A stretch of DNA of 64,000 nt from Mobula hypostoma (Eukaryota). The DNA lies in NCBI RefSeq assembly GCF_963921235.1, contig NC_086097.1:149606001-149670000 (forward strand), written 5' to 3'. The translations under genes were made by a program, and so were the position numbers. The stretch's first letter is position 1; every line of letters begins with the position of its first letter. Of this stretch, positions 24,666 to 37,060 are shown in pieces. The notes beneath the pieces are model-generated. The model was given only the letters and a program-made list of their open reading frames with translations. It did not search any database and was not told the origin of the DNA.

Positions 24666-25489
24666 CAAAAAAAATTACTTACTTTCTAAGTAGTTCACCT
24701 TCTTGTGTCATTACAGGTGTTTTGCTTTCTTCATGAGAGAGATTTTATCCTGGTGGCTTTAGTTTTGTAGCCAAATTTCCCAAAGTAAAATTAAACTCCA
24801 GACGAGATACTTGATGTTGTGAGCTTTCTTTGACAGACGAAATTTGTAACAACAGTCAGTGCAAGCTGTTGCACAGCAGCTCTTACTATTTGAAGTTGTG
24901 CTGTCAGATTGGTTGGTGGTTATTTTGTTTTCCACGTGTTTCCTGTTGCAGATAGCAGAAGCTCTTAGTCGGTTCCTTTTCCTTTTTTTTTCAGCTTGAG
25001 GACTTTCTGAATTTAGGTTCTTTACTAAATAGCATACTTCTATGTATTTAATTTAATTAGCGATTATTTTGGTGTTTTTTTTTCATTAGTGCACGTGTTG
25101 ATGACTGAGTTTCTCCATGTCTTTGCACTGGTCAATATCTGCAGGTGATTCTTTATGCTTCTTTGTGCCAGTGTAACCAATTAAAAATACTTTTTTTCAT
25201 TCAATTTTGTTTTGCTGTTCGCAATCTACACAGGGTTACTGCTGCTTGTTTCAAGTAACAGAAATCATGAACGGTATCTGATTTGCCAAAGAAAGATCCC
25301 TATAGTAAGGGTTCCTGACCCAATATGTTAACTGGGTTCTCTTTCCACAAATGAAATCGAACTGAGTTCTTTCAGCATTTATGGGGTTTCACTTTACCAA
25401 AGTATTCAGATATAGTTTTCAGCTCTATTTCCTTAGAACAATTAACATATTCAAAGATTGCCACAGGAAACTGATGGACCCTTCAACCA

Positions 25490-27621
25490 ACCAAAAGTAG
25501 GAACATGTGCAGATGTTACTCCAAAAATAAGACTATTATAGCAATTAAGGCCTTTATGAGGTATTTGTGGTGAGAAATACTTTGGATTCTTCTTCCACCT
25601 CTGTCTGTAGGTAGGCATCAGCTAAATGCATTTTGTTGAAGTATTTTCCTCCAGAAATATTTGCGAAGATGTCCTCTATCCTGGGCAGAGGATATTGATC
25701 TACCTTCAGAAGTGGGGTTGATGGTAACCTTAAAATCACAGATCCTGGTAGACCCATTCTTCTTGGCCATACACAGATCCTGACAGACCCACTCTTCTTG
25801 GCTACTGGAACCACTGGCATTGCCCATTGAGTAGAGTTCAAAAGTCTTGGAAAGAATTTCTTCAGCATCCATGCAATCTAGCTCACTAGCTACTTTATCA
25901 AGGATGGTATAAGGAACTGGATAGGTTTTTCAATACTTGGGTGTGGCATTTTAATTTAAGACAATTTACCCTTGATATGTTTGAATTTTCCCAATGCTAT
26001 CCCTGAATACTACTGTGGTTTCATCCAGTACCTTTTTAATTCACTTTCAGTTGATTCTATTGTAAGGGATGTGGCATGTAAATAGTGGCTGGGTCACAAA
26101 CCAAGTTGTAGTTGTCTCAGCCACCCATGTCCCCACAATGCTAGCTCTCCTGTTTTTATCAAAGTGGCTTATTGGCTGTTGTATTTCACTGTTATGAATG
26201 TCATTTCCACAGGAGTTATCTTTTCTCCTGTGTAAGTTCTTAGCTGGATATCTTCAAACTTTAGTTCAGTATCTTTGATATGATATTCAAACTCATTTTG
26301 TGGAATGATCAATATGGCTGAGCCAGTGTCCAATTTTATTTTCATTAATTTGCCTTTCACCTCTGCTGTAAGCCATATTGTTTGTGTATTGTGAGTTTTC
26401 ACATTGTAAATCATAAGGCTACTCAGTCCTGTACCACTCTCGTCATTATCAGATTATTTACCAACAGTATAGAGATTGGTGCTGTGTTTGAAACTGCAAT
26501 TTGACTTTTTAGATTATTCACTTCCCTATATGGTGCATTTATTTTTTGTCTGTCTGATATGCTTTTTGTATCTATCCTATTTTGTTGCATTTTCTGCAAG
26601 TTATGCCTTTAAATCTGAATTGGTCTGGTGTATGTGAGCCCCTGCCCCAACAATAACACAATTTGTTCAGCCAGGCAGGTTTCTGTTTAGACGTTGCAAT
26701 TTTTATCATGCTCAGTTTCATTCCTGACTGCAACTCAATTGCATCTCTGTCTACTCTTTCCATTGACACAGCTATTTCAACTGCTTTTTTAAATGTAAAC
26801 TGTGCTTCAGTTAGGAGCTATTTTTGACTGTGTTCTTGTAAGATTCTGCAAACTGAACAATCTCTCAGTCCTTCTTCCTTTTGATTCTGATTGTGAAATC
26901 TTAAGTGTTCTGCAATAAACAAACATTTAGGTTCTAAATGTTCCTTCATTTCTTTCATGATATCAGCAAAGCCCATTTCAACTGGTTTGGTTGGAACCGT
27001 TTTCTTCTAAGTAAATTATAAGCTCTTTCACCTAATGCATGAAGCACAAGTGGCATTTGCTTCTCATTGGCTATTTCATTAGCTTCAACATACTGCTCCA
27101 TTTGTTTCATATGCAGTAGCCAGTTATCTTTTGAGTAATTGAATGCATCTATCTTTCCAGTGTAACTAGCCATTTCTGTTGTCTTAAAAAGTTTATTATT
27201 ATTGTCACTTAGTACTCATTGTTATGAACCTGTGAATCTGTCCATGTTCTGCATTTTTTTAAAAAACTTGACTGTCTCTGTTCCTTCCCAAGAAGCACAT
27301 GCTGTGCTGTTTTTTGTAACTCAAGTGTATCGCTGTGCTTCAACAAGTAGTTAGTCGTCTCAGGTTAGTTTTAAAACTACTACATCACCAGTGTTGTATT
27401 TTGTAAATCCAAAACATAAAACCAATTGCAAGCAAACACGTGGAGCCAGGAATGCACGTCTTAGTTTTGATTTTATCTTATTCTTTTTACACTACAAATA
27501 TGATGTGATGTATGCCATTCACATACTTATACATATAACCCATAATGAATTATTTAAACAACATAGAATGCTTAATCAAACAATATATCTACAATATTAG
27601 TCAAATATTAAATACACAACA
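25490..27621 (-). mobile_element. Gypsy/Ty3 LTR retrotransposon, 5' LTR plus decayed gag-pro-RT, 3' truncated
   Basis: LTR 27392-27621 (TG...CA) followed by PBS-like TGGTGATG; gag MASYTGKIDAF...; zinc-knuckle remnants CYCWGRGSH/CRKCNKIG; protease LDTGS; RT WAMPVVPVAKKSGSVRIC, YPLPRIEDIF, LIFGVTSA. Confidence 0.9.
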
Positions 27622-28394
27622 ATGTATGAACAAACATAGAACAATGTATTTCTTTGTATCTCAGTACATGTGACAATAATAAATCATGCCTGTGGTGCCA
27701 GAAATTTCATCTCATCTGCCTCTCTCAGTAGCCCTGTAACTTGAGGAATCTCTATTTGGCCCTGGAGCCTTATCAATCTTAATATTCTTTCAGAGACCCA
27801 ACATTACCTCCTACTTTACAACATCTTGAAATACTCTAGCATATTAGAATGCTCCACAGTTCTCTCCTTATCATCTGTGTTCTTCTCCTTGGTAAATACT
27901 GAGGCAGAATGCTACATTCTTCACCTCCAAGCACATGCTCCCCCCTTTATATTTGACTTGCCCCACATGGTCCTGAGTTATCGTCTTGCTTAGATGAATG
28001 TATAGATTCTCTTTTAATCCAACTTGCCAAGGACTTTTCATGCACTCCCCCTGGCTTTGCTGATTTCATTAAGTTTTTTTCCTGATTTCTCTATAGCCCT
28101 CTAGTGCTCTGCTTGATTTTAACTTCATAAACTTTCTCTCTCTTCTTGACTAAATTCACCACATTCTCAACGTCCAAAGTTCCATTACCTTATCATCCTC
28201 ATACTTCCTTCGTGGGAGAAACCAGACAGTAGTAACTGATGACTGCCCCTCTGATGGAAAGTCTGTGCCTAGTTACGTGCCACAGGGATCAGTGGTGGTT
28301 TCCTTATTTTTTGTCATCTATATCAATGATCTGGATGATAATATGGCAAAGTGCATCAGCAAATTTGCGGCTGACCCCAAGTTTGGGTGTGTAG

Positions 28395-28647
28395 TGTTTT
28401 ATGTTTTGTAATTTCAAAATACTAAAGTAATTCAAAAGTAAACACTGGAGTCCAGGAACGTAGGTCTGACTTCGTCTTTACTTTAAGTGAAGTGCACACG
28501 CATCACGTGGTCGCATGATGACGTATGCAATTTACGTACTTTTACATATAACCCGTAACTAATTATTTAAACAACCAATACTGCTTAATCAAACAAGATT
28601 ACTCAAATATTATTGAAATATTAAATACACAACACTCCTCCCTTCTT
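28395..28647 (-). mobile_element. Second Gypsy LTR of the same family (3' LTR 28395-28634 with adjacent polypurine tract)
   Basis: TG...CA ends; shares catataaccc...aattatttaaacaac...aaatattaaatacacaaca with 27392-27621; minus-strand PPT aagaagggaggag at 28635-28647; its left end abuts a CR1 RT fragment (+, ~28220-28394). Confidence 0.8.
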
Positions 28648-28659
28648 TGTTATAAACTC

Positions 28660-31600
28660 CAAATCCACTCTATCGAAGCATTTCAACATTCAGTAGGTTT
28701 CAATGAGGTCACCCCTCATTCTTTGAAATTCCAGTGAGCAGATGCCTTTTGCCATCAAAAGCTCTTCATGCGACAAACCTTTCAATCTTTGAATCATTTC
28801 GTGAACCTCCTTTGAACTCTCTCATCTTTAATAATAAACTCCGATGTCTTTCAAACCACCGAAGCCAGGCTAACTGGGTTATAATCTCATTTCTTAAAGA
28901 GTGGAATGACATTTGCAATTTTCCAGTCCTCCGGTACCATTCCAGAATCTAGTGATTCTTGAAAAATCTTTACTAACGCCTCCACAATTTCTTCAGCTAC
29001 CTTGTTCGAACCTGTGGTGTAATTTGTCTGGGCCAGATGACTTATCTACCTTCAGACTTTTCAGATTCCCAACCACCTTCTCATTAATATTAGCAACAAC
29101 ACTCATATCTGCCTCCTGACACACTTGCAATCCTGGCATATTGCTAGTGTCACCCACTGTGAAGACTGACACAAAATACTTAGGAAGTTCATCCGCTATT
29201 TCCTTGTCCCTTCATTACTACCTCTCCAGTGTAATTTTCAGTAGGTCTGATATCCACTCTCACCTTCCTAAAACAGTATATCTGAAAAACTTTTGATACC
29301 CTCTTTTATAGTTTTGGCCAGCTTACCTTTGTATTTCATCTTTTCTCTCTTTATTGCTATTTAGGTTACCTACTGTTGGTTTTTAAAAGCTTCTGAATCC
29401 TTTAACTTCCAACTAATTTTTGCTGTATTATATACCCTCTCTTTTACTTTTATGCTGTCATCCTCCCCTTAGAATGCTGCTTCATCTTTTGGATATATCT
29501 ATTGTGTCTTCCAAATTGCTTCCAGAAACTTCAACCATTGCTCTTCTGCTGTCATCCCTGATAGTGTGCCCTTCCAATCCACTTTGGCCAGCTCCTCTCT
29601 CATACCTCTGTAATTCTCTTTCTTCTACTGAAATACTGAGAGAATTCTGGGTGAATTCTAACATATTATGGTTTCTTTAAATCAAATCTGGGTCATTACA
29701 TAACACTCAATCCAGAATTGCAGTTCCCCAAGTGGGCTCAATCACAAGCAGCTCTAAAAAGTCATCTACAAATTCCCCCTCTTGGGATCCAGCACCAACC
29801 TAATTTTCCCAGTCTACCTGCATTTTGAAATCCCCCATGACAATTGCAACATTGCCCAAGCCTTTTCTATCTCCAATTATAATGTGTAACCCACATCCTG
29901 GCTACTGTTCGGAGGCCTGTATAGAATTCCCATCAGGGTCTTTTTCCCCTTGCAGTTTATTAACTCGACCCACAAGGATTCTACATCTTTCAATCTTACC
30001 TCCTTTCAAGGACTTAATTTCATTTTTTTTACCAACAGAGCCACCTCATCCCCCTCTGCCTACCTGCCTGAACTTTCGATCTAATGTATATCCTTTAAGT
30101 TCCCAACTATGATCTTCTTTCAGCCACAACTTAATGATGCCCACAGTATTGTACCTGCCAACCTCTAACTGCACTACTAGATCATTTACATTATTCTGTA
30201 TACTGCGTGCATTCAAATATTACACCTTTAGTCCTGTATTCACTACTTCTTCTTGATTTTGGCCCCATGTTACACCTTATCTCATCACACTGACTGAAAT
30301 TTTGCCCCATAATCTGCCTGTCCTTCTTCAGTCTCACAACACACTGCATTTAGTTGTATACCAACTACCCCATCTTCAGCACTATTGCTCTGGTTACCAT
30401 CCCCCTGCCAAATTGGTTTAAACCCTCTTCAACAGATCTAACAAACCTGTCTGCAAAGATATTGGCCCCCTCGGGTTCAAGTGTAACGCATCCTTTTTGT
30501 ACAGGCCATAAGTTCCCCAGAAGAGATCCCAATGATCCAGAAATCTGAAACCCTGCCTCTTGTACCAATTCCACAGCCATACATTCATTTGCCAAATCAT
30601 CCTATTCTTACCCTCACTAGAGTGTGGCCCAGGCAGTAATCCGGCCTTTCACACCCTGGAGGTCCTGCTTTTCAGTTTTTACCTAACTCCTTATATTTTC
30701 TCTCTTCAGGACTTCCTCCCTTTTCTTACCAACGTCATTGGTACCAATATGTACCACGACTGCCAGCTCTTCACCCTCCCCCTTCAGAATGCTACAAACC
30801 AGATCTGAGGCATCCCTGATCCTAGCACCTGGGAGGAATCAGATCATCCAGGTATACTTTCATGCCCACGGAATCTGCTATCTGCTATGCTAATTATGGA
30901 AACCCCTATCACTACCACCGTCCTCTTCTCCCCCTTCCCACTGAGCCACAGAGACAGAATCAGTGCCAGAGATCAGGTTGCTGTGGTTTCCCCCTCGTAG
31001 GTTGCCTCCCCCACTCCCCTACAGAATCCTAAGTGATCTCATTATTGAGGGGAATGGCCACACGGGCACTCTGCACTGGCTCTCTGTTCCGTTTCCTTCT
31101 CCTGACAGTTGCCCAGGAACCTGCCTTCTGCAAGTTGGGGTGACCACCTCCCCCTCACCTCTTCATTTTCCTGCATGAGCCAAAAGTCATCTAGCTGTAG
31201 CTGTAGTTCCTTAATACAGAATCTGAGGAGCTGCAGTATAGTGTACTTTGTGCAGATGTAGTTATCAGGGACACCGGAGGTCTCCCAAAGTTCCCATATC
31301 TCTCACAAGGATCATACCACTCATTCTAAGCCAGTTCTCCACACACTAGCTGTGTGCTAACAGGAAAAAAATAAACGTATTAGAAACTTACTTACAATTT
31401 CAGCCTGTGCTTGCCCAATCCTGTTCTCGCTTAACCCTATTGAACCAAAGCCTGACAACTCCAACACTGTCCACTCACACAATGGTTGCTCTGCCCACAT
31501 CTTGCCTCCTATTTACTCCTGCTGATTGACTAATAGATTGTTATGATTGCAGGCCACCAGAAGGCCCTGAAAGCACCTGAGCTCTTATTAAACCCTGCGC

Positions 31601-31660
31601 TGCGTCACAAAGAATGACCTTTCGCGTTGATTGCAGCCCGCTGATACATTGGAAGTGCTT
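28660..31660 (-). mobile_element. CR1 LINE with 5' UTR, ORF1 (esterase-like), endonuclease and internally deleted RT
   Basis: MNVWLWNWYKRQGFRFLDHWDLFWGTYGLYKKDALHLNPRG (SGNH-like ORF1 end), EN motifs, DWKIANVIPL; colinear with 52565-56480. Confidence 0.85.
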
Positions 31661-32500
31661 GTCATCCCCTTCTAGTCCTCCCTAGCTGTGTGTGAAGTGC
31701 CAGAGGATTAGAAAATGGAAATGTAATACTCTTGATCTAGGCAGGACAAAGGGGCATTCTAAGTAAGAAGAGACCATTCTATATTCTCCCTGTCGTAGAA
31801 GCAATAGTCTGGGGGGGGGGATGGGCACAAGAAGAGCTCTGAGGAGAGGAAGCATGAAAGGCACATCATGTTTACATGAAGTAGTTAAATCTTTTGATCA
31901 AATATTTGAATGTTGCTCCATATGGATTGCAACCATCAGGTTGATGAGGTATCACATAAAAGGCCGGTTAACAAATTTGAGGCTTCTAGCATGATAGGAT
32001 CTGACAAGCAGGGCAAAAAGTAAGCTTTAATGAGTTATTGTTTTTCTCTCTTGAGGATGTTCAACAGTGGTGCTCCGTATGTGTTTAGTATTTTGTTCTA
32101 AATGACTAGATTTTAAGATACAGCATAAAATTTTGAAATTTGATGATTATAAAAAAGAATCTCAGGGATATGACAGAAAGACATTGACGCCAATGAACTG
32201 CAACTGGAGCAGAAAAGAGGCAGGTGGAATTTTATATAGAACAGAATGGAACATGGAAGGGATGGGAAGAGACAATGTGGACTTAATGATATCATCCTGA
32301 AGAGAGTGTTCAGGAATGCAGGGATGTGTGAGTACAATGTGTATAGACCTCTGAATGTGGTAAGACATGGTGAGAAAGTTTGTTGGCAAAATGTATGGGA
32401 TCTTGGACTTCGTACGTGGAGAGAATGATAACAAAATCAGGGGAATCATGTTGAACCAGAATAAGGCTGTGGTACAGTCATAACTAGAGAACTGCGTCCA

Positions 32501-32800
32501 AGGGGTGGCACAACGGTGCCAGTGATCACTGATCGGGATTCAATTCCCGCCGCTGATTGTAAGGACTGTACGTTCACCTCGTGACTGTGTGCGTTTTCTC
32601 TGTGTGCTCTGGTTTCCTCCTACATTCCAAAGATCCGTGATTAGGGTAAGTGAGTTGTGGGCATACTATGTTTGTGGTGGAATTATGGCGGCATTTGCAA
32701 GCCGTCCAGTACAATCTTCGTTGATCTGATTTCACACAGAATGATGCATTTCACAATATGATTCGATGTGCATGTAACAAATGAAGTTAATCTTATAACT
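32501..32800 (+). mobile_element. V-SINE with L2/Rex-type tail, inserted in an old CR1 (+, ~31880-33260)
   Basis: B-box gattcaattccc, V-domain gtgactgtgtgcgttttctctgtgtgctctggtttcctcctacattccaaag, tail gatgtgcatgtaacaaatgaagttaatctt. Confidence 0.75.
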
Positions 32801-33344
32801 TTCTGGTTAGCACAACTTCAGAAGGACATGAATGTCCTTGAGAAGGTGTCGAGGATGTTTACTGGAATGGGTCCAGAGATGACGGCTTATAGGCAGAATG
32901 TTAGTTTGGAGAAGCTATGATTATTCTTCTTGGTGCAAGAGTTTGAGAGGGTAGTATTCAATGTGAATATATATCAGTGAGATCAAGTAGATATACAAAA
33001 GCTGCTTCCATTTTCACTGGTAGAAGGACTAGGGAACAAAGATTTAACACTTTGGGCAAGAGATGCAGAAAGGAAGTGATGAAGAACTATATAAGGTAAT
33101 AAGTAGAATTAGTGAAACCTAATGTCTGCAAAAAAAGCAGAAGTAGTAAAAATTGCAAAGGGAAATTTGAAAGGTTTTTGAAGGAATTACACTTGCAAGA
33201 TTAGAATTGGGCAATGTCGCTGATTAGACTGCTCAGAAAACCAGCAAGGATTGATCAGTCAAATTAACTCCCTTGTGCATAATTACTCTGTAATAATACA
33301 TCAATGGAACTGAGAGGCTGTTGAAATATATGGGCTATAACTTG

Positions 33345-34380
33345 GATATAGAGAGATACTTTATTGATCCCAAAGGAAATTACAGTGTCACGGTAGCACT
33401 AAAAGTGCACAGATATACAAATATTAGAAGGGAAGTAAGAAAGAAAAAATAACCTCCCTCAAACAGTCTATCAAGAAGGGGTCATCACTTCCCTCCCCGG
33501 CTATAGGTTGACTCATTATAAAGCCTAATGGCCAAGGATAAGAATGACCTCATATAACACTCTCTGAAACAGCACAGTTGTCTTAGTCTATTACTGAAAA
33601 TGCTCCTCTGTTCAGCTAAGGTGGTATGCAGAGGGTGAGAAACATTGTCCAGAATTGCCAGGATTTTCTGTAGGGTTCTTTGTTTGACCACAGCCTCCAG
33701 TGGGCCCAGTTTTACTACTATAACAGCGACAGCCTTTCTAAACAGTTTATTGAGCCTGTTGGCATCACTTGTGTTGATGCCATTGCCTCAGCACGTCACT
33801 GACGACAGCAGACTGGTAGAACATGTGAAGGAGAAGCCTGCATTCTCCAAAAGATCTCAGTCTCCTCAGGAAGTAGAGGCAACTCTGGCCCTCTTGTACA
33901 CTGCCTCTGTGTTGGTGTATCTGGGCCAAGTCTGTCATCCAGATGCTCCCCCAGGTACTTGTAGGTCCTCACCACATTCACGTCCTCACCATCACCATCA
34001 ATAGTAACAGGGAGAGATGCAGGCTTAGTCTTCCTAAAGTCCATCACCATCTCCTTTGTCTTACTGATGTTGAGCTGCAGACGATTCAGCTTGCACCATC
34101 TGGCAAAGTCCTCCACCAGGGCCCTGTATTCATCCTCCCTTTACACACCCAAATGTTGCTGAGTGACGAGAGTATTTCTGCAGATGACATCACTCAGTGT
34201 TGTATCTAAAGTCCGAGGTTTACAGGGTAAACAGGAAGGGAGGCAATACAGTCCCCTGTGAGGCCCCTGTGCAGTGCTGCTTATAGCCTTGTCTGACACA
34301 CAGCTCTAAAGCCGGACAAGCTGTGGTCTGCCAGTCAGATAGTCCATTATCCAGTATACAAGGGAAGGGCTGACCTGCAA
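33345..34380 (-). mobile_element. Rex1/Babar LINE, RT to 3' end
   Basis: GASQGTVLPPFLFTL, WCKLNRLQLNISKTKEMVMDFRK, YKYLG, ILDNVSHPLH...RSFLSLAIRLYN; tail tttattgatcccaaaggaaatt. Confidence 0.85.
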
Positions 34381-36453
34381 TCATGGTCGCTCTCTTCTCA
34401 GCCAAGTATTTGGCAGCCACCTTAGCGATTGAGCAGCCCTCCTCAGGGACCACACTGCTCCCTGCTGTGGAAGATGAAAGATCAGTGGTGGGAAGCCAAA
34501 GCAACAGAACTCCAGCACTACGCTGACCAGAACAAAACAAAGAAGCTTTTTTGATAGTCTAAAGGCAGTGTATGGGTCTTCCTCCATCATCATGGCACCA
34601 GTTCGCTCTTTGGATGAGGCGCTCCTCACTGACAAAGGCAGCATTGTCCAACACTTGGCAGACCACTTCAACCAGCTGCTGAACAGGCCATCCCAGATCG
34701 ATGACCAGGCTATAGAAGACATGCTCCAGTGCCCAGTCTTGGAAGCCCTTGATGATCTCCCCACACCGCCCCCCCCCACCCCCAGCATTAGTAGAAGCTA
34801 GGAAGGCAGTCAACCAGCTGCAGCCAGGTAAAGCCGCTGACCCAGATGGAATCCCACCAGAAGTCTTTAAGGAGTGTGGCAAAACCCTTCTTTAGAGGCT
34901 GACAGAGCTCATGCAGTAGTTCTGGGAGAAAGCCTGTATACCACAGGACTTCAGGGATGCAAACATTATCTACCTGTACAAGAACAAAGGGGACAGGGCA
35001 TCCTGTGACAATCACAGAAGCATATCTGTCCTGAGCAGAGCCTGGAAGATCATAGCCCGAATCAGACTGAACAGGATTACCTCCCAGCTCCAGGATGACG
35101 TTGTCTCAGAGGGCCAATGTGGTTTCAGATCTAACAGAGGGGCAGAGGACATGACCTTTGCTGTCAGACAGATCCAGGAGAAGTGCCAGGAACAGAACCA
35201 GAATCTCTACATCCTCTTTGTGCACCTGATGAAGGCATTTGATACTATCAGTTGCATAGGCCTTTGGCGCATCCTTACCAAGTTAGGCTGGTCAGCATTG
35301 CCAGGTCATTCCACGATAGCATGATGGCCAGGGTCATCGAAAACAGCTGCACCTCTGACCCCTACCAAGTAACTAACAATGTCAAGCAGGGCTGTGTCCT
35401 CCCATCTACTCTGTTCAGTCTGCTGTTTGCCACGATACTATTCTCTGCTCTCTCACAGACTGATGTGGTAATAACAATTTGCTACAGGACTGATGGGCAA
35501 TTTTTTGATCTGCAGTGCCTCAAGGCCACGAGTAATGTGCTGGAAGCAATAATACAAGACTTCTTTGTAGATGATTGCACTCTTGCAGTACACAGTAAAG
35601 GGGACCTGCAGGAGCTTACTGACTACCTCGCTGCGGCAGCAAGAAAATTCGGCCTACCCATCATTCTGCAGAAGACAGAAGTTCTATTTCAGCCTGCACC
35701 CTATATTAACCCTGCGGAACCATGAATTGAGATTGAAGGCACACAGCTCAACAATGTTGATGCCTTCATCTACCTGGGAAGCTGCCTTACCTCCTCCTGC
35801 AGTCTTAGATCGAGAGATCTCAAACAGACATGCAAAAGCTGGGGCATCCTTTGGCAAGCTATGGACACGTGTGTGGGGAGAATGTAGCTTCCGGCTGAAG
35901 ACCAAGATGGCAGTCTACAGAACTGTCTTCCTGGCATCTTTGCAGTAGGGCTGTGAAACATGAACCCCATACCACAGGCACATCAAGATGCTTGACCAAT
36001 TCCACCTGTGATGCCTTCACAAAATCATGAGCATCTCGTGGCAAGACTGTCCCCCACCACAGAAGTGCTGCAAAGGGCCAAGAGCTCTGGCACAGAGACA
36101 CTGATCTTGAAGGCTCAACTTTGATGGGTTGGACATGTGGTCTGGATGGAAGATAATTGCCTTTCAAAGAGGTTCTTTTCTGAGCTGGCACATGGCACCA
36201 TAAAGAAGGGAGGCCCCACAAAGCATTATAAAGACCGCATGAAAGTTTTCTTGAAGGCATCCAATATCCCTGTGACTGGTTGGGAGGCCTTGGCCCAGTG
36301 GCTGGCAGTCTACAAAGACACCAGCACATTGAAAGGGCTTTGATCAGAAGTGCCAGGAGTCCAGCCTGCGGGCGCACCTGCACTTCCCTGTTTGGCTTTG
36401 CTATCATCAGAGGCATCACTGACATTGTCATTCCCAATGGACTTCCAACAACC
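34381..36453 (+). mobile_element. RTE-clade LINE, 5'-truncated
   Basis: HLADHFNQLLNRPS, GKAADPDGIPPEVFK, LYKNKGDRASCDNHR, QCGFRSNRG, VKQGCVLPSTLF, DFFVDDC, WVGHVVWMED; caa-type end. Confidence 0.88.
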
Positions 36454-36569
36454 TAAATAATCACAGGAAGCAAGAATTTTTGATCTCAGGGTGTATGTTT
36501 CCCAAGGCAAATATCCTGAACCTCTTGTTGTTAACTATTTTCTTAAGGTAAGAAAGTGAAGGTTTTAAA

Positions 36570-37060
36570 CCTGTGGCTATATTTCATTAGGAGTCTGAGG
36601 AGATTTAGTTTATCACCTAAAACACCCAGACTTCTACAGATATACTGTGGAGAGCTTTCTAACAGGTTGCATCACTGTCTGGTGGGGGGGGTGCGGGGGG
36701 GGGGAGGAGGAGGCATCTGCACAGGATCAAAAGAAGCTACAAGAAGTTGTAAAATTAATTAGCTCCATCTTGGTACCAGCCTCTGCCAAGACTACCTCCA
36801 GGAGTGGTGCCTCAGAAAGGCAGCATCCATTGTTAAGGACCGCCCATCACCCAGGACATGCCCTCTTCTCATTGTTACCATCAGAAAGGAGGTACAGAAG
36901 CCTGAAGGCACACACTCAGCGATTCAGGAATATCATCTTCCCCCCTGCTATCCAATTCCTAAATGGATTTTGTACTCATGAACATTACCTCACAAATTTC
37001 ACAACATACGCCGATGATATTAAACCTGGTTCTCATTCTGATTCTGTTAGAAGGAGCCGA
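36570..37060 (+). mobile_element. Rex1/Babar-type LINE 3' end
   Basis: LYFIRSLRRF, ESFLTGCITVW, HHPGHALFSLLPSERRYRSLKAHTQRFRN. Confidence 0.8.
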
